Assembly: GCA_017613275.1 (NCBI GenBank)
Contig: JAGAED010000003.1
Coordinates: forward strand, 68,747-132,746
Source: Clostridia bacterium
GTDB lineage: Bacteria > Bacillota > Clostridia > TANB77 > CAG-508
DNA length: 64,000 nt
Direction: 5' to 3'
Part shown: positions 10,570 through 20,403 of the stretch, in pieces
How the letters are laid out: each line of letters opens with the position of its first letter
How positions within the stretch are numbered: the first letter of the stretch is position 1
Notes under the pieces: model-generated
Seen by the model: the letters and a program-made list of their open reading frames with translations, nothing else
The model's database searches: none
What the model was told of the DNA's origin: nothing
Position numbers and translations under genes: made by a program

Positions 10570-11292
10570 TTATAATTTTGTAGCGCTTTCTAATGCAAGT
10601 TTTATCATAGTAATAACACCAGTTTCTCTTTGTTCTGAAGTTAATCCTTCTAAATTATCCAAAGTATCTACAACACTTAAAATGCAAGCTGCATTTTTAC
10701 CTTCTCTTTTAGCATTATAAAATAAAGAAAATGCTTCCATTTCGCATGCTGCTATGTGTAACTCTTCAGGTAAACTATTTAATAATTCACTCATATTAGG
10801 ATGATATGGATCATAAATTTCATTACAAATTGTATTTCTTTTTTGAATATCAATTCCAATTTCTTTAGAAGTTTCTTGAATTACAGAATTTAAATAAGAA
10901 CTTGATTCTCCAATATAGCATTTAACACTATCTAAAGCTTGTGAATAATTACTTTCTGTGAAAGTGCTATCAACTAAAATTAAATCAAGCATTTTTATGT
11001 CTTTATCTAAACCTCCGCAAGTTCCAATTCTAATGATGTTTTCAACTCCATAAAAATGGAATAATTCGAAAGAATAAATTCCCATACTTGGAATTCCCAT
11101 TCCAGAAGCCATAATTGTAACTTCTGTTCCTTTGTATTTTCCTGTATATGTAAACATACCTCTAACATCATTTACTAATTTTACATCAGTTAAAAAGTTT
11201 TCTGCAATATATTTTGCTCTAAGTGGGTCACCAGGCATTATTACAGTTTTTGCTATTTCACCTATTTCAGCTCTATTATGTGGTGTTGGCAT
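10570..11292 (-). CDS. deoD: purine nucleoside phosphorylase DeoD-type
   Basis: 240 aa; 'IMPGDPLRAKYIAENF...MGIPSMGIYS...RIGTCGG' typical of the PNP/UDP family. Confidence 0.9.
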   Translation of the reverse strand: MPTPHNRAEIGEIAKTVIMPGDPLRAKYIAENFLTDVKLVNDVRGMFTYTGKYKGTEVTIMASGMGIPSMGIYSFELFHFYGVENIIRIGTCGGLDKDIKMLDLILVDSTFTESNYSQALDSVKCYIGESSSYLNSVIQETSKEIGIDIQKRNTICNEIYDPYHPNMSELLNSLPEELHIAACEMEAFSLFYNAKREGKNAACILSVVDTLDNLEGLTSEQRETGVITMIKLALESATKL

Positions 11293-11448
11293 AAATAATC
11301 CTCCTTTGTTTTTTCTAATTATATCACTAAAAATTTTTTTTGCAAATTAAAAAGATATATTTAATTAAACATATTGAAATATTTTTTAAAACCAAGTATA
11401 ATATAAAATGTAAATTTTAAAAGAAAAAAGGAGAGAATAATAAACCAA

Positions 11449-12768
11449 ATGCAAATATTTATACTAATACTACTAATAGGGTTAAATGCATTTTTCGCGG
11501 CAAGTGAAATAGCATTTATATCGCTAAATGACGCAAAAATAGACAAACAAGCAAAAGAAGGAAATAAGAAAGCAAAACAAATCCAAAAAATGCTAAAAAC
11601 TCCAAGCAAATTTTTAGCAACAATTCAAATAGGAATAACACTTGCAGGATTTTTATCAAGTGCGTTTGCATCAGATGCATTTGCACAAGACCTTGCACCA
11701 GTATTAAATAACTGGATTCCAGCACTTTCAATTACTACATGGAAAACAATTTCAATTATTTTAATAACAGTAATTTTATCGTTCTTTACATTAGTATTTG
11801 GAGAGCTTGTACCAAAAAGATTGGCAATGAAAAATTATGAAAAAATATCATTTGCAACAATAGGAATAATTAGAACAATATCTGTTTTAACAGCTCCATT
11901 TGTAAAATTACTAACATGGGTAACAAATGGAATTTCTAAAATTTTTGGGGTAAGTGAAACAGATGAAGAAATTGTAACAGAAGAAGAAATTAGAATGATG
12001 GTTGACCAAGGTGAAGAAAAAGGAGCAATAGAGGAAGAAGAAAAAGAACTAATAAACAATGTTTTCGAATTCAATGATATTACAGTTTCAGAAGTAATGA
12101 CACACAGAACAGATATCTTTGCAATAGATATCCATACAACACCAGCAGAATTGTTAGAACTAATTTCAGAAGAAGAATATAGACATAGTAGAATTCCAGT
12201 TTATGATGAGACAATAGATGAAATAAAAGGTATTTTATATGTAAAAGATATTCTAAAAAATATGAATAAAAAGACATTTAGAATAAAAACAACTATGAAG
12301 GAAGCGTATTTTGTACCACAAAATAAATTGATAAATGAGTTGTTTAAAGAGCTACAAAAAAATAAAAAACAAATGGCAATCATAGTTGATGAATATGGTG
12401 GAACAGCTGGATTAGTTACAATGGAAGATATTTTAGAAGAGCTTGTTGGAGATATTTACGATGAATATGACGAAATAGAAGAAGAATATGAAAAAATAGA
12501 TGAAAACACATATCTTCTTAGTGGAAGTATGACTATTTATGATGTAAATAAATTGTTAAATACAAAAATCCCAGAAGGAGATTATGACACATTATCTGGC
12601 TATTTACAAGAAGAAATGGGAAGAATACCAGAAGATGAAGAATTACCAGTAATCGAAACAAAAGAAGTTACTTTTAAAATAGAAGAATATGAAGACAAGA
12701 GAATTGTAAAAGTAAAAGCTTGTAAAAACATAATTAAAAACCTACACTCAGAAGAGGAAGAAGAATAG
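11449..12768 (+). CDS. hemolysin-family protein (DUF21/CNNM TM domain plus CBS pair plus CorC_HlyC)
   Basis: N-terminal TM region, CBS-like middle, and C-terminal transporter-associated domain ('SGSMTIYDVNKLLN...'). Confidence 0.8.
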   Translation: MQIFILILLIGLNAFFAASEIAFISLNDAKIDKQAKEGNKKAKQIQKMLKTPSKFLATIQIGITLAGFLSSAFASDAFAQDLAPVLNNWIPALSITTWKTISIILITVILSFFTLVFGELVPKRLAMKNYEKISFATIGIIRTISVLTAPFVKLLTWVTNGISKIFGVSETDEEIVTEEEIRMMVDQGEEKGAIEEEEKELINNVFEFNDITVSEVMTHRTDIFAIDIHTTPAELLELISEEEYRHSRIPVYDETIDEIKGILYVKDILKNMNKKTFRIKTTMKEAYFVPQNKLINELFKELQKNKKQMAIIVDEYGGTAGLVTMEDILEELVGDIYDEYDEIEEEYEKIDENTYLLSGSMTIYDVNKLLNTKIPEGDYDTLSGYLQEEMGRIPEDEELPVIETKEVTFKIEEYEDKRIVKVKACKNIIKNLHSEEEEE

Positions 12769-12795
12769 ATATATTCGGTAAAGAGGAGATATTAT

Positions 12796-14535
12796 ATGAA
12801 AAGGAAATATATATTAATTATTATTATACTAGTTGCAATAATAATTGGAGTATCTGTATTTTTAATAATGCAAAATGCTAAAATGGCAGGAAGAAATTAC
12901 GATATAGAAAAAGTTGAGGATTTTAAATATTTTGTAGTGCAAGATGGAGATAATTATGGTGTTATTGACAAAGAGGGACAAATTATAATTGATCCTAAAT
13001 ATCAAAGTGTTGTAGTACCTAATCCATCTAAACCAATATTTATATGTGAGCCATCAGACAACAAATCAAAAGTGCTTAATGAAAAAAATGAGGAACTATT
13101 TACAAATTACGATGAAGTAAAATATATAAAATTAAAAAATCTTGCTAGTAATTTAGTTTATGAAAAAAGTGTTTTAAAATGCAAAATACAGGGAAAATAT
13201 GGTTTAATTGACTTTACAGGAAAAGAAATACTTAAACCTACATATGGTTCTATAGATGCTTTAGAATACAAAGAGGGAGAGCTTTTAGTAGAACAAGCTG
13301 GAAAATATGGTGTAATAAATATAAATGGAGTTACACTAGTAGAACCACAATATGATATTATTAAATGCGATGGGTATTACACAGAAGAAAACGGTTATAA
13401 AAAAGCCGGATATATAGTTGGAACAAAAACAGAAGAAGGCTATAGATATGGCTATGTAGATGTAAATGGTAATAAAATATTAGACACAGAATTTAATGAA
13501 ATTTCTAGGGTTACAAATATAAATGATGAAAACAATATTTATTTTATAGCATCAAAAAATGGTCAATATGGTCTATATAAAAACAAGGAAAACAAATTAA
13601 ATACAGAATATCAATCAATATATTATAATCAAACAAATGACATTTTTGTTATAGAGAAAAGTAGAAAATTTGGATTTGCTGATAAAGATGGAAAAATAAT
13701 TGTAGAAACAAAATATGCACAAATAGATACTACAGGAAAATATATCTATGCAAAACCAAAACAAGGAGAAACAGAGGTATTAGATGCTACTGGAAAGAAA
13801 GTCGAAATACCTGCCAATATATCTAAAAGAGCAATCGAAGATGGAAAATACAGCATCGTAATGACAAATGAAAATAATAAAACAATTTATAGTATCGAAG
13901 ATAAAAACGGAAAAGTAATAATACCAGGTGAATATACATATATAGAGTATTTATTTGATAATTATTTCATAGTATGTGATAATGGTGGAAGACTTGGAGT
14001 TGTTGATGAAAACAACAATAAAAAAATAGATATAAAATACAATTCAGTTCAAGGAATAAAAAGTGCAAAACTTATTCAAGCAGTATTAACAGAAGGAAAT
14101 ACAACAATTATTTATAATAACAAATTTGAAAAACTATGTGAACTAAAAAATGCAGCAATTCAACAAGTTGAAGACTTTATAAAAATATATAATAATAAAG
14201 AAGTATTCTATATAAACAATTCAGGAGAGATTGTAACAAATAAAGAGGTTTATCCAGATAATAAATTATATGCAAAACAAGAAAAAGGAAAATGGGGCTT
14301 TGTTGATAAAACAGGTAAAATAGTTGTAAATTGCGAGTATGACAAAGTGACAGAATTAAATGGGTATGGTTTTGCAGGAATATACAAAAATGGAAAATGG
14401 GGTTCAATAGATTCAGAAGGAAAGATTGTACAAGCACCAAAATATGAAATAAAAGGAAACTTTGAACCAGTATTTTTAGGAAAATATTATCAAGTATTAT
14501 TTGGATTTGGAGAAATCTATTTTACAAATAAATAA
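12796..14535 (+). CDS. WG (KWG) repeat-containing membrane-anchored protein
   Basis: N-terminal TM helix and repeated 'GKYGLIDxxGKEI' / 'GKWGFVDKTGKIV' WG-type repeats. Confidence 0.7.
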   Translation: MKRKYILIIIILVAIIIGVSVFLIMQNAKMAGRNYDIEKVEDFKYFVVQDGDNYGVIDKEGQIIIDPKYQSVVVPNPSKPIFICEPSDNKSKVLNEKNEELFTNYDEVKYIKLKNLASNLVYEKSVLKCKIQGKYGLIDFTGKEILKPTYGSIDALEYKEGELLVEQAGKYGVININGVTLVEPQYDIIKCDGYYTEENGYKKAGYIVGTKTEEGYRYGYVDVNGNKILDTEFNEISRVTNINDENNIYFIASKNGQYGLYKNKENKLNTEYQSIYYNQTNDIFVIEKSRKFGFADKDGKIIVETKYAQIDTTGKYIYAKPKQGETEVLDATGKKVEIPANISKRAIEDGKYSIVMTNENNKTIYSIEDKNGKVIIPGEYTYIEYLFDNYFIVCDNGGRLGVVDENNNKKIDIKYNSVQGIKSAKLIQAVLTEGNTTIIYNNKFEKLCELKNAAIQQVEDFIKIYNNKEVFYINNSGEIVTNKEVYPDNKLYAKQEKGKWGFVDKTGKIVVNCEYDKVTELNGYGFAGIYKNGKWGSIDSEGKIVQAPKYEIKGNFEPVFLGKYYQVLFGFGEIYFTNK

Positions 14536-14550
14536 AAAATGAATGAGTCT

Positions 14551-14586
14551 AGTTAACTTTTTGGGACACTTTCAAAAAGTTAACTG
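14551..14586. repeat. GGGACAC-core palindromic repeat (agttaactttttGGGACACtttcaaaaagttaact)
   Basis: Perfect palindrome. Member of a dispersed intergenic repeat family seen at 10 or more sites in the window. Confidence 0.8.
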
Positions 14587-14644
14587 GACTATTTTTTCAC
14601 TCTTTTTATAAAAAAACATAAAATATAAAAAAGGAGTGAAAAAA

Positions 14645-15787
14645 GTGAGTTCTTTATATTTTGATAATAGTGCAACAACAAAAGTTAAACCAGAAGTGCT
14701 AGATGCAATGTTGCCATTTTTAAAAAAGGAATTTGGAAATCCATCATCAATGTATACATTAGGTAGAAGTGCCAAAAGAGCAATAGAAAGTGCCAGAACA
14801 AATGTGGCAAATTTAATAAACGCAAAACCAAATGAAATATATTTTACATCTTGTGGGTCAGAAAGCGATAATACAGCATTAAAAGGTATTGCTTTAAAGA
14901 ATAGAGAGAAAGGAAATCATATAATAACTTCAAAGATAGAACATCCAGCAGTACTAAATTCATGCAAAACACTTGAAAAAGAAGGGTTTGAGGTTACATA
15001 TTTGGATGTGGATGAACGAGGATTTTTAGATGTGCAACAACTTGAAAGGTCAATTACAAATAAAACAATACTAATAAGCATAATGTTTGCAAATAATGAA
15101 ATTGGAACAATACAACCAACTAAAGAAATTTCTAAAATTGCACATAATGCTGGAATAATATTTCATACAGATGCGGTTCAAGCTTGTGGAAATATTCCAA
15201 TAGACGTAGAAAAAATGGGGATAGATATGTTAAGCCTTTCAGGCCATAAAATACATGCGCCTAAAGGGGTGGGAGCGTTGTACGTGAAAAATGGAATTGA
15301 ATTTGAAAATTTTATGGATGGTGGGCATCAAGAAAAAGGAAAAAGAGCAGGAACGGAAAATGTTGCAGGAATAGTAGGCTTGGGAACTGCGTGTAATTTG
15401 GCAAAACAAAATTTAAATACACATATTAGGTATTTAACAAAACTTAGAGATTATTATATTTCTGAGATAGAAAGAAAAATTCCCAATACAGTATTAAATG
15501 GACCAAGAGACCAAAACATTATACAAAGACTTCCGGGAAATGCAAATTTTTCGTTTTTAGATATAGAAGGAAAAACATTATTGCTAAAATTAGATCAAAT
15601 GGGAATAAGTGCCTCAAGTGCATCAGCGTGTTCGAGTGGAAATCAAGAACCATCACATGTATTAACAGCAATAGGAAGAGATGAGGCAACAGCTAAGTCG
15701 GCTTTAAGAATTACATTTGGAGAAGATAATACAATAGATGATGTGGAGTATTTAGTAAATTGTATAGAAAAAATAATATTAAATTGA
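14645..15787 (+). CDS. cysteine desulfurase (NifS/IscS family, PLP-dependent)
   Basis: 'LYFDNSATT' N-terminus and 'SLSGHKIHAPKGVGALYV' PLP-lysine motif. RBS aaggag lies 9 nt before the GTG at 14645. Confidence 0.85.
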   Translation: MSSLYFDNSATTKVKPEVLDAMLPFLKKEFGNPSSMYTLGRSAKRAIESARTNVANLINAKPNEIYFTSCGSESDNTALKGIALKNREKGNHIITSKIEHPAVLNSCKTLEKEGFEVTYLDVDERGFLDVQQLERSITNKTILISIMFANNEIGTIQPTKEISKIAHNAGIIFHTDAVQACGNIPIDVEKMGIDMLSLSGHKIHAPKGVGALYVKNGIEFENFMDGGHQEKGKRAGTENVAGIVGLGTACNLAKQNLNTHIRYLTKLRDYYISEIERKIPNTVLNGPRDQNIIQRLPGNANFSFLDIEGKTLLLKLDQMGISASSASACSSGNQEPSHVLTAIGRDEATAKSALRITFGEDNTIDDVEYLVNCIEKIILN

Positions 15788-15841
15788 TTGACAAAAAAAT
15801 ATTGGTTTGTTAGAATTATATACAAGAGGAGGAAGGTTACA

Positions 15842-16069
15842 ATGACTAATGAAAAAAATCAAGAAGAGAAACAAAAGGATATAGGAGAATTAGCATTAGA
15901 AGAGTTGCACCAAAAAGCAATGGAAGTTAGAGCAAAATTAGATACAGCAAAGTATGAATTAATGCAGAATATTGCCAAAAGAGAATTAGCAAAACAAAAA
16001 ATAAGTGAACTTAAAGAACAAAATAATAAAAAAACAGATATAGAAAATAATATAGAAATATCAAATTAG
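15842..16069 (+). CDS. small hypothetical coiled-coil protein
   Basis: RBS aggagg before the ATG at 15842. K/E-rich sequence with no recognisable domain. Confidence 0.4.
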   Translation: MTNEKNQEEKQKDIGELALEELHQKAMEVRAKLDTAKYELMQNIAKRELAKQKISELKEQNNKKTDIENNIEISN

Positions 16070-16080
16070 GAGATAAAAAG

Positions 16081-16449
16081 ATGGAAAGCGAAAGAAAAAG
16101 TATATGGGTAAAAATTAAGGATTTTTTCAAAAAAATATTTAAAAATAAAAAGATAGAAGCATTACCACAGCCAGAGGAAAAGCAAAAAGAAAATATAGAA
16201 GGATATCAAGAAGAACAACAACAGAAAAATGTTAAATCTAAAGAAGAATGCTTAGAATTATACAAAAAAATAAAAAATGATCAATTAGATATAAAAACAT
16301 TAACAGAAGAAGATTTAATAATGTTTATAAAATTGGGAACAGAAGAATTAAAGTTTTTAGAAAAAAGAATTGAAAATGAAAAAACAGAATATAATATGTA
16401 TTTAAAAGAAATAGAGTTTTACCAAAACATATTAGAGGAAACAGCATAA
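16081..16449 (+). CDS. hypothetical protein
   Basis: RBS ggagat before the ATG. Terminator aaaaggtggggatttcccaccttttttg follows at 16461-16489. Confidence 0.45.
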   Translation: MESERKSIWVKIKDFFKKIFKNKKIEALPQPEEKQKENIEGYQEEQQQKNVKSKEECLELYKKIKNDQLDIKTLTEEDLIMFIKLGTEELKFLEKRIENEKTEYNMYLKEIEFYQNILEETA

Positions 16450-16460
16450 AAACGAAATTA

Positions 16461-16489
16461 AAAGGTGGGGATTTCCCACCTTTTTTGCG
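16461..16489 (+). terminator. Rho-independent terminator
   Basis: aaaaggtggggatttcccaccttttttg hairpin plus T-run. Confidence 0.8.
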
Positions 16490-16634
16490 TTGTATCTAAA
16501 CCTTTTGGACACTTAACTTTTGGGGACACCTCTAAAAAGTATCTATAAAAAAATCGAAAAATGTCAATAATAATATTGAATAATAAAAATCACTATGATA
16601 GAATGTTTCGGGGATGAAAATAAGGAGGCAACTA

Positions 16635-17306
16635 ATGAAAAAAATGCTTATATTAATTACAATTTTGCTTATTATTTTTATAGGTTTGTTAATTTATAGA
16701 ACAAATGAAAAAGAAGCAGAAATTAAAGTAGATGAAATAAATAGAATAGAAAAATATATGGAAAAAATATATGGTTGGAAAGAGATTACAACTCAAGCTC
16801 TACCTGAATTTGATGATATAAATAATGTAGACGAAAAGTGGATTTGGGGAGCTTTAAGAGAAAACATTGAAGATAATGTAATAGAATATGAAACAATAGA
16901 AAAAACTAAAAAAGAACTATTTGGAAATAATTTTACAAAAGAATATCCAAAAGAAGGAACAGAATTTATTGCGTATGATGAACAAAGCGGAAAATACAAA
17001 ATAAAAGAAATAAATCTAGATGCAATAAAAGATGCATTTTTAATAAACAAAATAGAAAAAAATCCAAAAGGATATGATTTAGAAATAGTAGAATATCAAG
17101 TAGATTATACAATTTCAGACAATGAAAAAATAAAAGTAAAAAACACAAATGATGAGGATATTTATGAATTAACAGAAGAAGAAGCGACAGATGGAAATAT
17201 CCAAAAAGTTGTTAAAGAAAACATTGAAAAATTTACCAAAAAACAAGTTAAACTTGAAAAAGAAAATGATAAAATATTTATAAAAAGTGTTGCCTTAAAA
17301 AACTAA
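16635..17306 (+). CDS. hypothetical secreted or membrane-anchored protein
   Basis: RBS aaggagg before the ATG at 16635. Begins 'MKKMLILITILLIIFIGLLIY', a signal-anchor sequence. Confidence 0.5.
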   Translation: MKKMLILITILLIIFIGLLIYRTNEKEAEIKVDEINRIEKYMEKIYGWKEITTQALPEFDDINNVDEKWIWGALRENIEDNVIEYETIEKTKKELFGNNFTKEYPKEGTEFIAYDEQSGKYKIKEINLDAIKDAFLINKIEKNPKGYDLEIVEYQVDYTISDNEKIKVKNTNDEDIYELTEEEATDGNIQKVVKENIEKFTKKQVKLEKENDKIFIKSVALKN

Positions 17307-17341
17307 ATAAAAATATATAGGGAAAGAAAGGATTGTAAAAT

Positions 17342-18493
17342 ATGAAAATAAAAGTAATTGCATCAACAAAAGTAGGATATGAAATGCCAAAGGAAGAAGC
17401 ATTAAATTTTTCAGGAAAATCAGCTGGAATATGCTATTTACCTGATACATTAGAAACACTATTTAATGAACCAAAAGAAAAAACAACTAAAAGAGCAAAC
17501 ATGACACTAAAATCAGGACATCATAGTGTATTTAATCATCCAACATATAATTTAAGTTTAGAAGGAATTCCAAAAATCTTAGCAATGATATTAAACAATG
17601 AAAAAATGTATAATACATCAGAAAAGTCAGCTAGATATACAAAAATGGAGCCATCAGAAGCAGAGAAAGTTTTATATGAAAAATGGATAGAAATTTATAA
17701 AACTGAAATTGCTAAAGCATATCCACAAATTGATGAGAAAAAAGTACAAAAACTTGCTCAAGAAAATGCAAGATATTTAATAAGTGTATTCACACCAGCT
17801 ACAGTAATGGAATATACTGTAAACTTTGGACAATTAAATTACATAACACATTTTTTCAAAAACTATATAAATGACGAAACAAAGAAAACACCATTTGAAA
17901 TAAAATTAAAAGAAGTATTCAAAGAATTCTTAGAAGCTCTTCCAGACCTACAAGTAGAAGGATTAAATGCTGATATGAAAAAAAGAGAATTATCTTTTTT
18001 TGCAACAAGAAAAAATAGAAAAGAAGAATTTGGAGAAAACTATTGTACAACATATTTAGCAAGTTTTGCAGAACTTGCTCAAGCTCAAAGACATAGAACT
18101 CTAATTTATGAAATGACATTACTAGAACAACCCAAATACTACATACCACCAATTATAAAGGGAACAGAATTTGAATCTGAATGGTTAAAAGACATAGAAT
18201 CACTTAAAGACTATTTCCCACAAGGAATGTTATTACAAATAAATGAGAGAGGAACAGTAGAAAACTTTGTCTTAAAATGTACAGAGCGTTTATGTGGAGC
18301 AGCTCAATTAGAAATAATGCAACAAACAATGGTAACTATGAGAAAATATTTAGATGCAACAATGGATACTAATGAAGAAGTATATAAATACTTATTACCA
18401 TATTCAAAAGGAGCTCGTTGCACATTCCCAGGATGGAGATGTGATCAACCTTGCGTATTTGGACCTGCAACAGTTATGAATAGAAAAATATAG
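17342..18493 (+). CDS. ThyX-like protein (flavin-dependent thymidylate synthase family), divergent
   Basis: 'GHHSVFNH' resembles HxTPFEH and 'SEKSARY' resembles SxxSxRY, but the catalytic RHR is replaced by NNE. At 383 aa it is larger than canonical ThyX. Confidence 0.35.
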   Translation: MKIKVIASTKVGYEMPKEEALNFSGKSAGICYLPDTLETLFNEPKEKTTKRANMTLKSGHHSVFNHPTYNLSLEGIPKILAMILNNEKMYNTSEKSARYTKMEPSEAEKVLYEKWIEIYKTEIAKAYPQIDEKKVQKLAQENARYLISVFTPATVMEYTVNFGQLNYITHFFKNYINDETKKTPFEIKLKEVFKEFLEALPDLQVEGLNADMKKRELSFFATRKNRKEEFGENYCTTYLASFAELAQAQRHRTLIYEMTLLEQPKYYIPPIIKGTEFESEWLKDIESLKDYFPQGMLLQINERGTVENFVLKCTERLCGAAQLEIMQQTMVTMRKYLDATMDTNEEVYKYLLPYSKGARCTFPGWRCDQPCVFGPATVMNRKI

Positions 18494-18620
18494 AGATAAA
18501 AAAGACTTTCGGGGACACTCCCCAAAAGTCTTAATTTTTTTCAATGTAAAGAAGGATTTATGTAAAATATGTCGAATAATATAATTATGTATATTATTTT
18601 ATAGAAAGAGAGGAAAATTT

Positions 18621-20396
18621 GTGCGCTATAGTGAAGCAATAATTGATGAAGTAAGACAATCAAACGACATTGTAGATGTAATTTCACAATATGTGCATCT
18701 AAAGAGAAGTGGTAGAAATTATTTTGGGTTATGCCCATTTCATAATGAAAAATCACCCTCATTTTCAGTTTCGCCAGACAAGCAAATATTTCATTGTTTT
18801 GGGTGCGGAGTAGGTGGAAATGTTTTTTCTTTTCTTAGTAAAATAGAAAATATAAGCTTTATAGAAGCAGTACAAAACTTAGCTGCAAGAGCCAATATAA
18901 CACTTCCAACATTAGAAGGTAACAGTGATTCAGAAAAAGAAGAGTTAAAAGCAAAAGTTTATAAAGTAAATGAATTCACAGCAGAATTCTATCATCAAAA
19001 TTTGTACAAGCCAGAAGCAAAACCGGGGCAAGAATATGTAAAAAAGAGAAAGCTTAGCAATGAAACACTAAAAGCTTACAAAATCGGCTTTTCAGGTAAG
19101 TATGATGAATTGTACAAAGCGTTAAAACAACAGGGATTTGAAGACAAAGAAATACTTGAATCAGGATTAGTGAATAAAAATGAAAATGGAAAATACATTG
19201 ATAGGTACAGAAATAGATTAATGTTTCCAATTTGCGATATAAGAGGAAGAGTTATAGCATTTGGCGGAAGAGTTTTAGACGATTCAAAACCAAAGTATAT
19301 AAATTCACCAGAAAATGTAGTATATAGCAAAGGTAGACATTTATTTGGACTGAATGTTGCAAAAAAATCAGACTTAAAGAAAATCTTGATAGTAGAAGGC
19401 TATATGGATGTTATTTCACTACATCAAAGAGGTATTACAAATGTAGTTGGAGCATTGGGAACAGCATTAACACAAAACCAAGGATGGTTATTAAGAAGAA
19501 ATTCTGAGCAAGTAATACTAGGATTTGATTCAGATGGAGCAGGTCAAACAGCAATTTTAAGGTCAATAGAAATATTACAAAATATGGGGTGCGATATGAG
19601 AATTCTTCAAATGGAAGGCGCTAAAGACCCAGATGAATATGTCATTAAATATGGAAATGCTAGATTCCAAGCTTTAATGGACAAAGCAATATCTTTAATT
19701 GAATACAAAGTTAAAATACTTAAAAAAGATTTAAATCTAGAAAATACATCAGATAAAATAAAATTTTTAAATGAAATATCTAAACTAATATCAACAGTAG
19801 AAAATAATATGGAAAGAGAAGTATATATTGAAAATATAGCAAAAAACTATAATATCTCAAAAGAAGCAATATATGCTCAAGTTAACAAGCTAAAATATTC
19901 AAATGTTAATAACGAAAAAGTATTAGAAAAAACTAGAGTAGTTACAAAAATAAAAAAAGAAGTTTCAAATGTTTCAGAAAAAATAAAGAAAAGAGAAGAT
20001 ACAATTTTGTCACTTATATTGGACGAAAACTATAATGTGTTTGATATAATTAAACAAAATGTTAAAGCCGAAGATTTTAAATATGAAATAGACAGAAAAA
20101 TTGCTATTAAGCTGTATGAAGAATTCGAAAAAGGAAATAGTAATATAAATAGCATAATAGATAAGCTTTCAGAAGAAGAACAAAATCATGTAACAGCAAT
20201 TTTAGCAGAGGATTATGGAATAGAAAATACAGAAAAAGCTATTGATGATGTTTTAAAAAATTATGAAAAAGAAAAATTGAATGAAAGAAAACAAGAAATA
20301 ATAAAATTAAGAGGCGAAAATTTAAGCAAAGAAGAACAAGAAAGTTTATTAAAAGAACTTAATGAAATAATTTATAAATTGGCAAAGATAAAGTAG
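18621..20396 (+). CDS. dnaG: DNA primase
   Basis: 'CPFHNEKSPSFSVSPDKQIFHCFGCGVGGNVFSFL' zinc-ribbon followed by a TOPRIM region. GTG start with RBS agagagg. Immediately precedes sigA. Confidence 0.9.
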   Translation: MRYSEAIIDEVRQSNDIVDVISQYVHLKRSGRNYFGLCPFHNEKSPSFSVSPDKQIFHCFGCGVGGNVFSFLSKIENISFIEAVQNLAARANITLPTLEGNSDSEKEELKAKVYKVNEFTAEFYHQNLYKPEAKPGQEYVKKRKLSNETLKAYKIGFSGKYDELYKALKQQGFEDKEILESGLVNKNENGKYIDRYRNRLMFPICDIRGRVIAFGGRVLDDSKPKYINSPENVVYSKGRHLFGLNVAKKSDLKKILIVEGYMDVISLHQRGITNVVGALGTALTQNQGWLLRRNSEQVILGFDSDGAGQTAILRSIEILQNMGCDMRILQMEGAKDPDEYVIKYGNARFQALMDKAISLIEYKVKILKKDLNLENTSDKIKFLNEISKLISTVENNMEREVYIENIAKNYNISKEAIYAQVNKLKYSNVNNEKVLEKTRVVTKIKKEVSNVSEKIKKREDTILSLILDENYNVFDIIKQNVKAEDFKYEIDRKIAIKLYEEFEKGNSNINSIIDKLSEEEQNHVTAILAEDYGIENTEKAIDDVLKNYEKEKLNERKQEIIKLRGENLSKEEQESLLKELNEIIYKLAKIK

Positions 20397-20403
20397 GAAA
20401 GGA

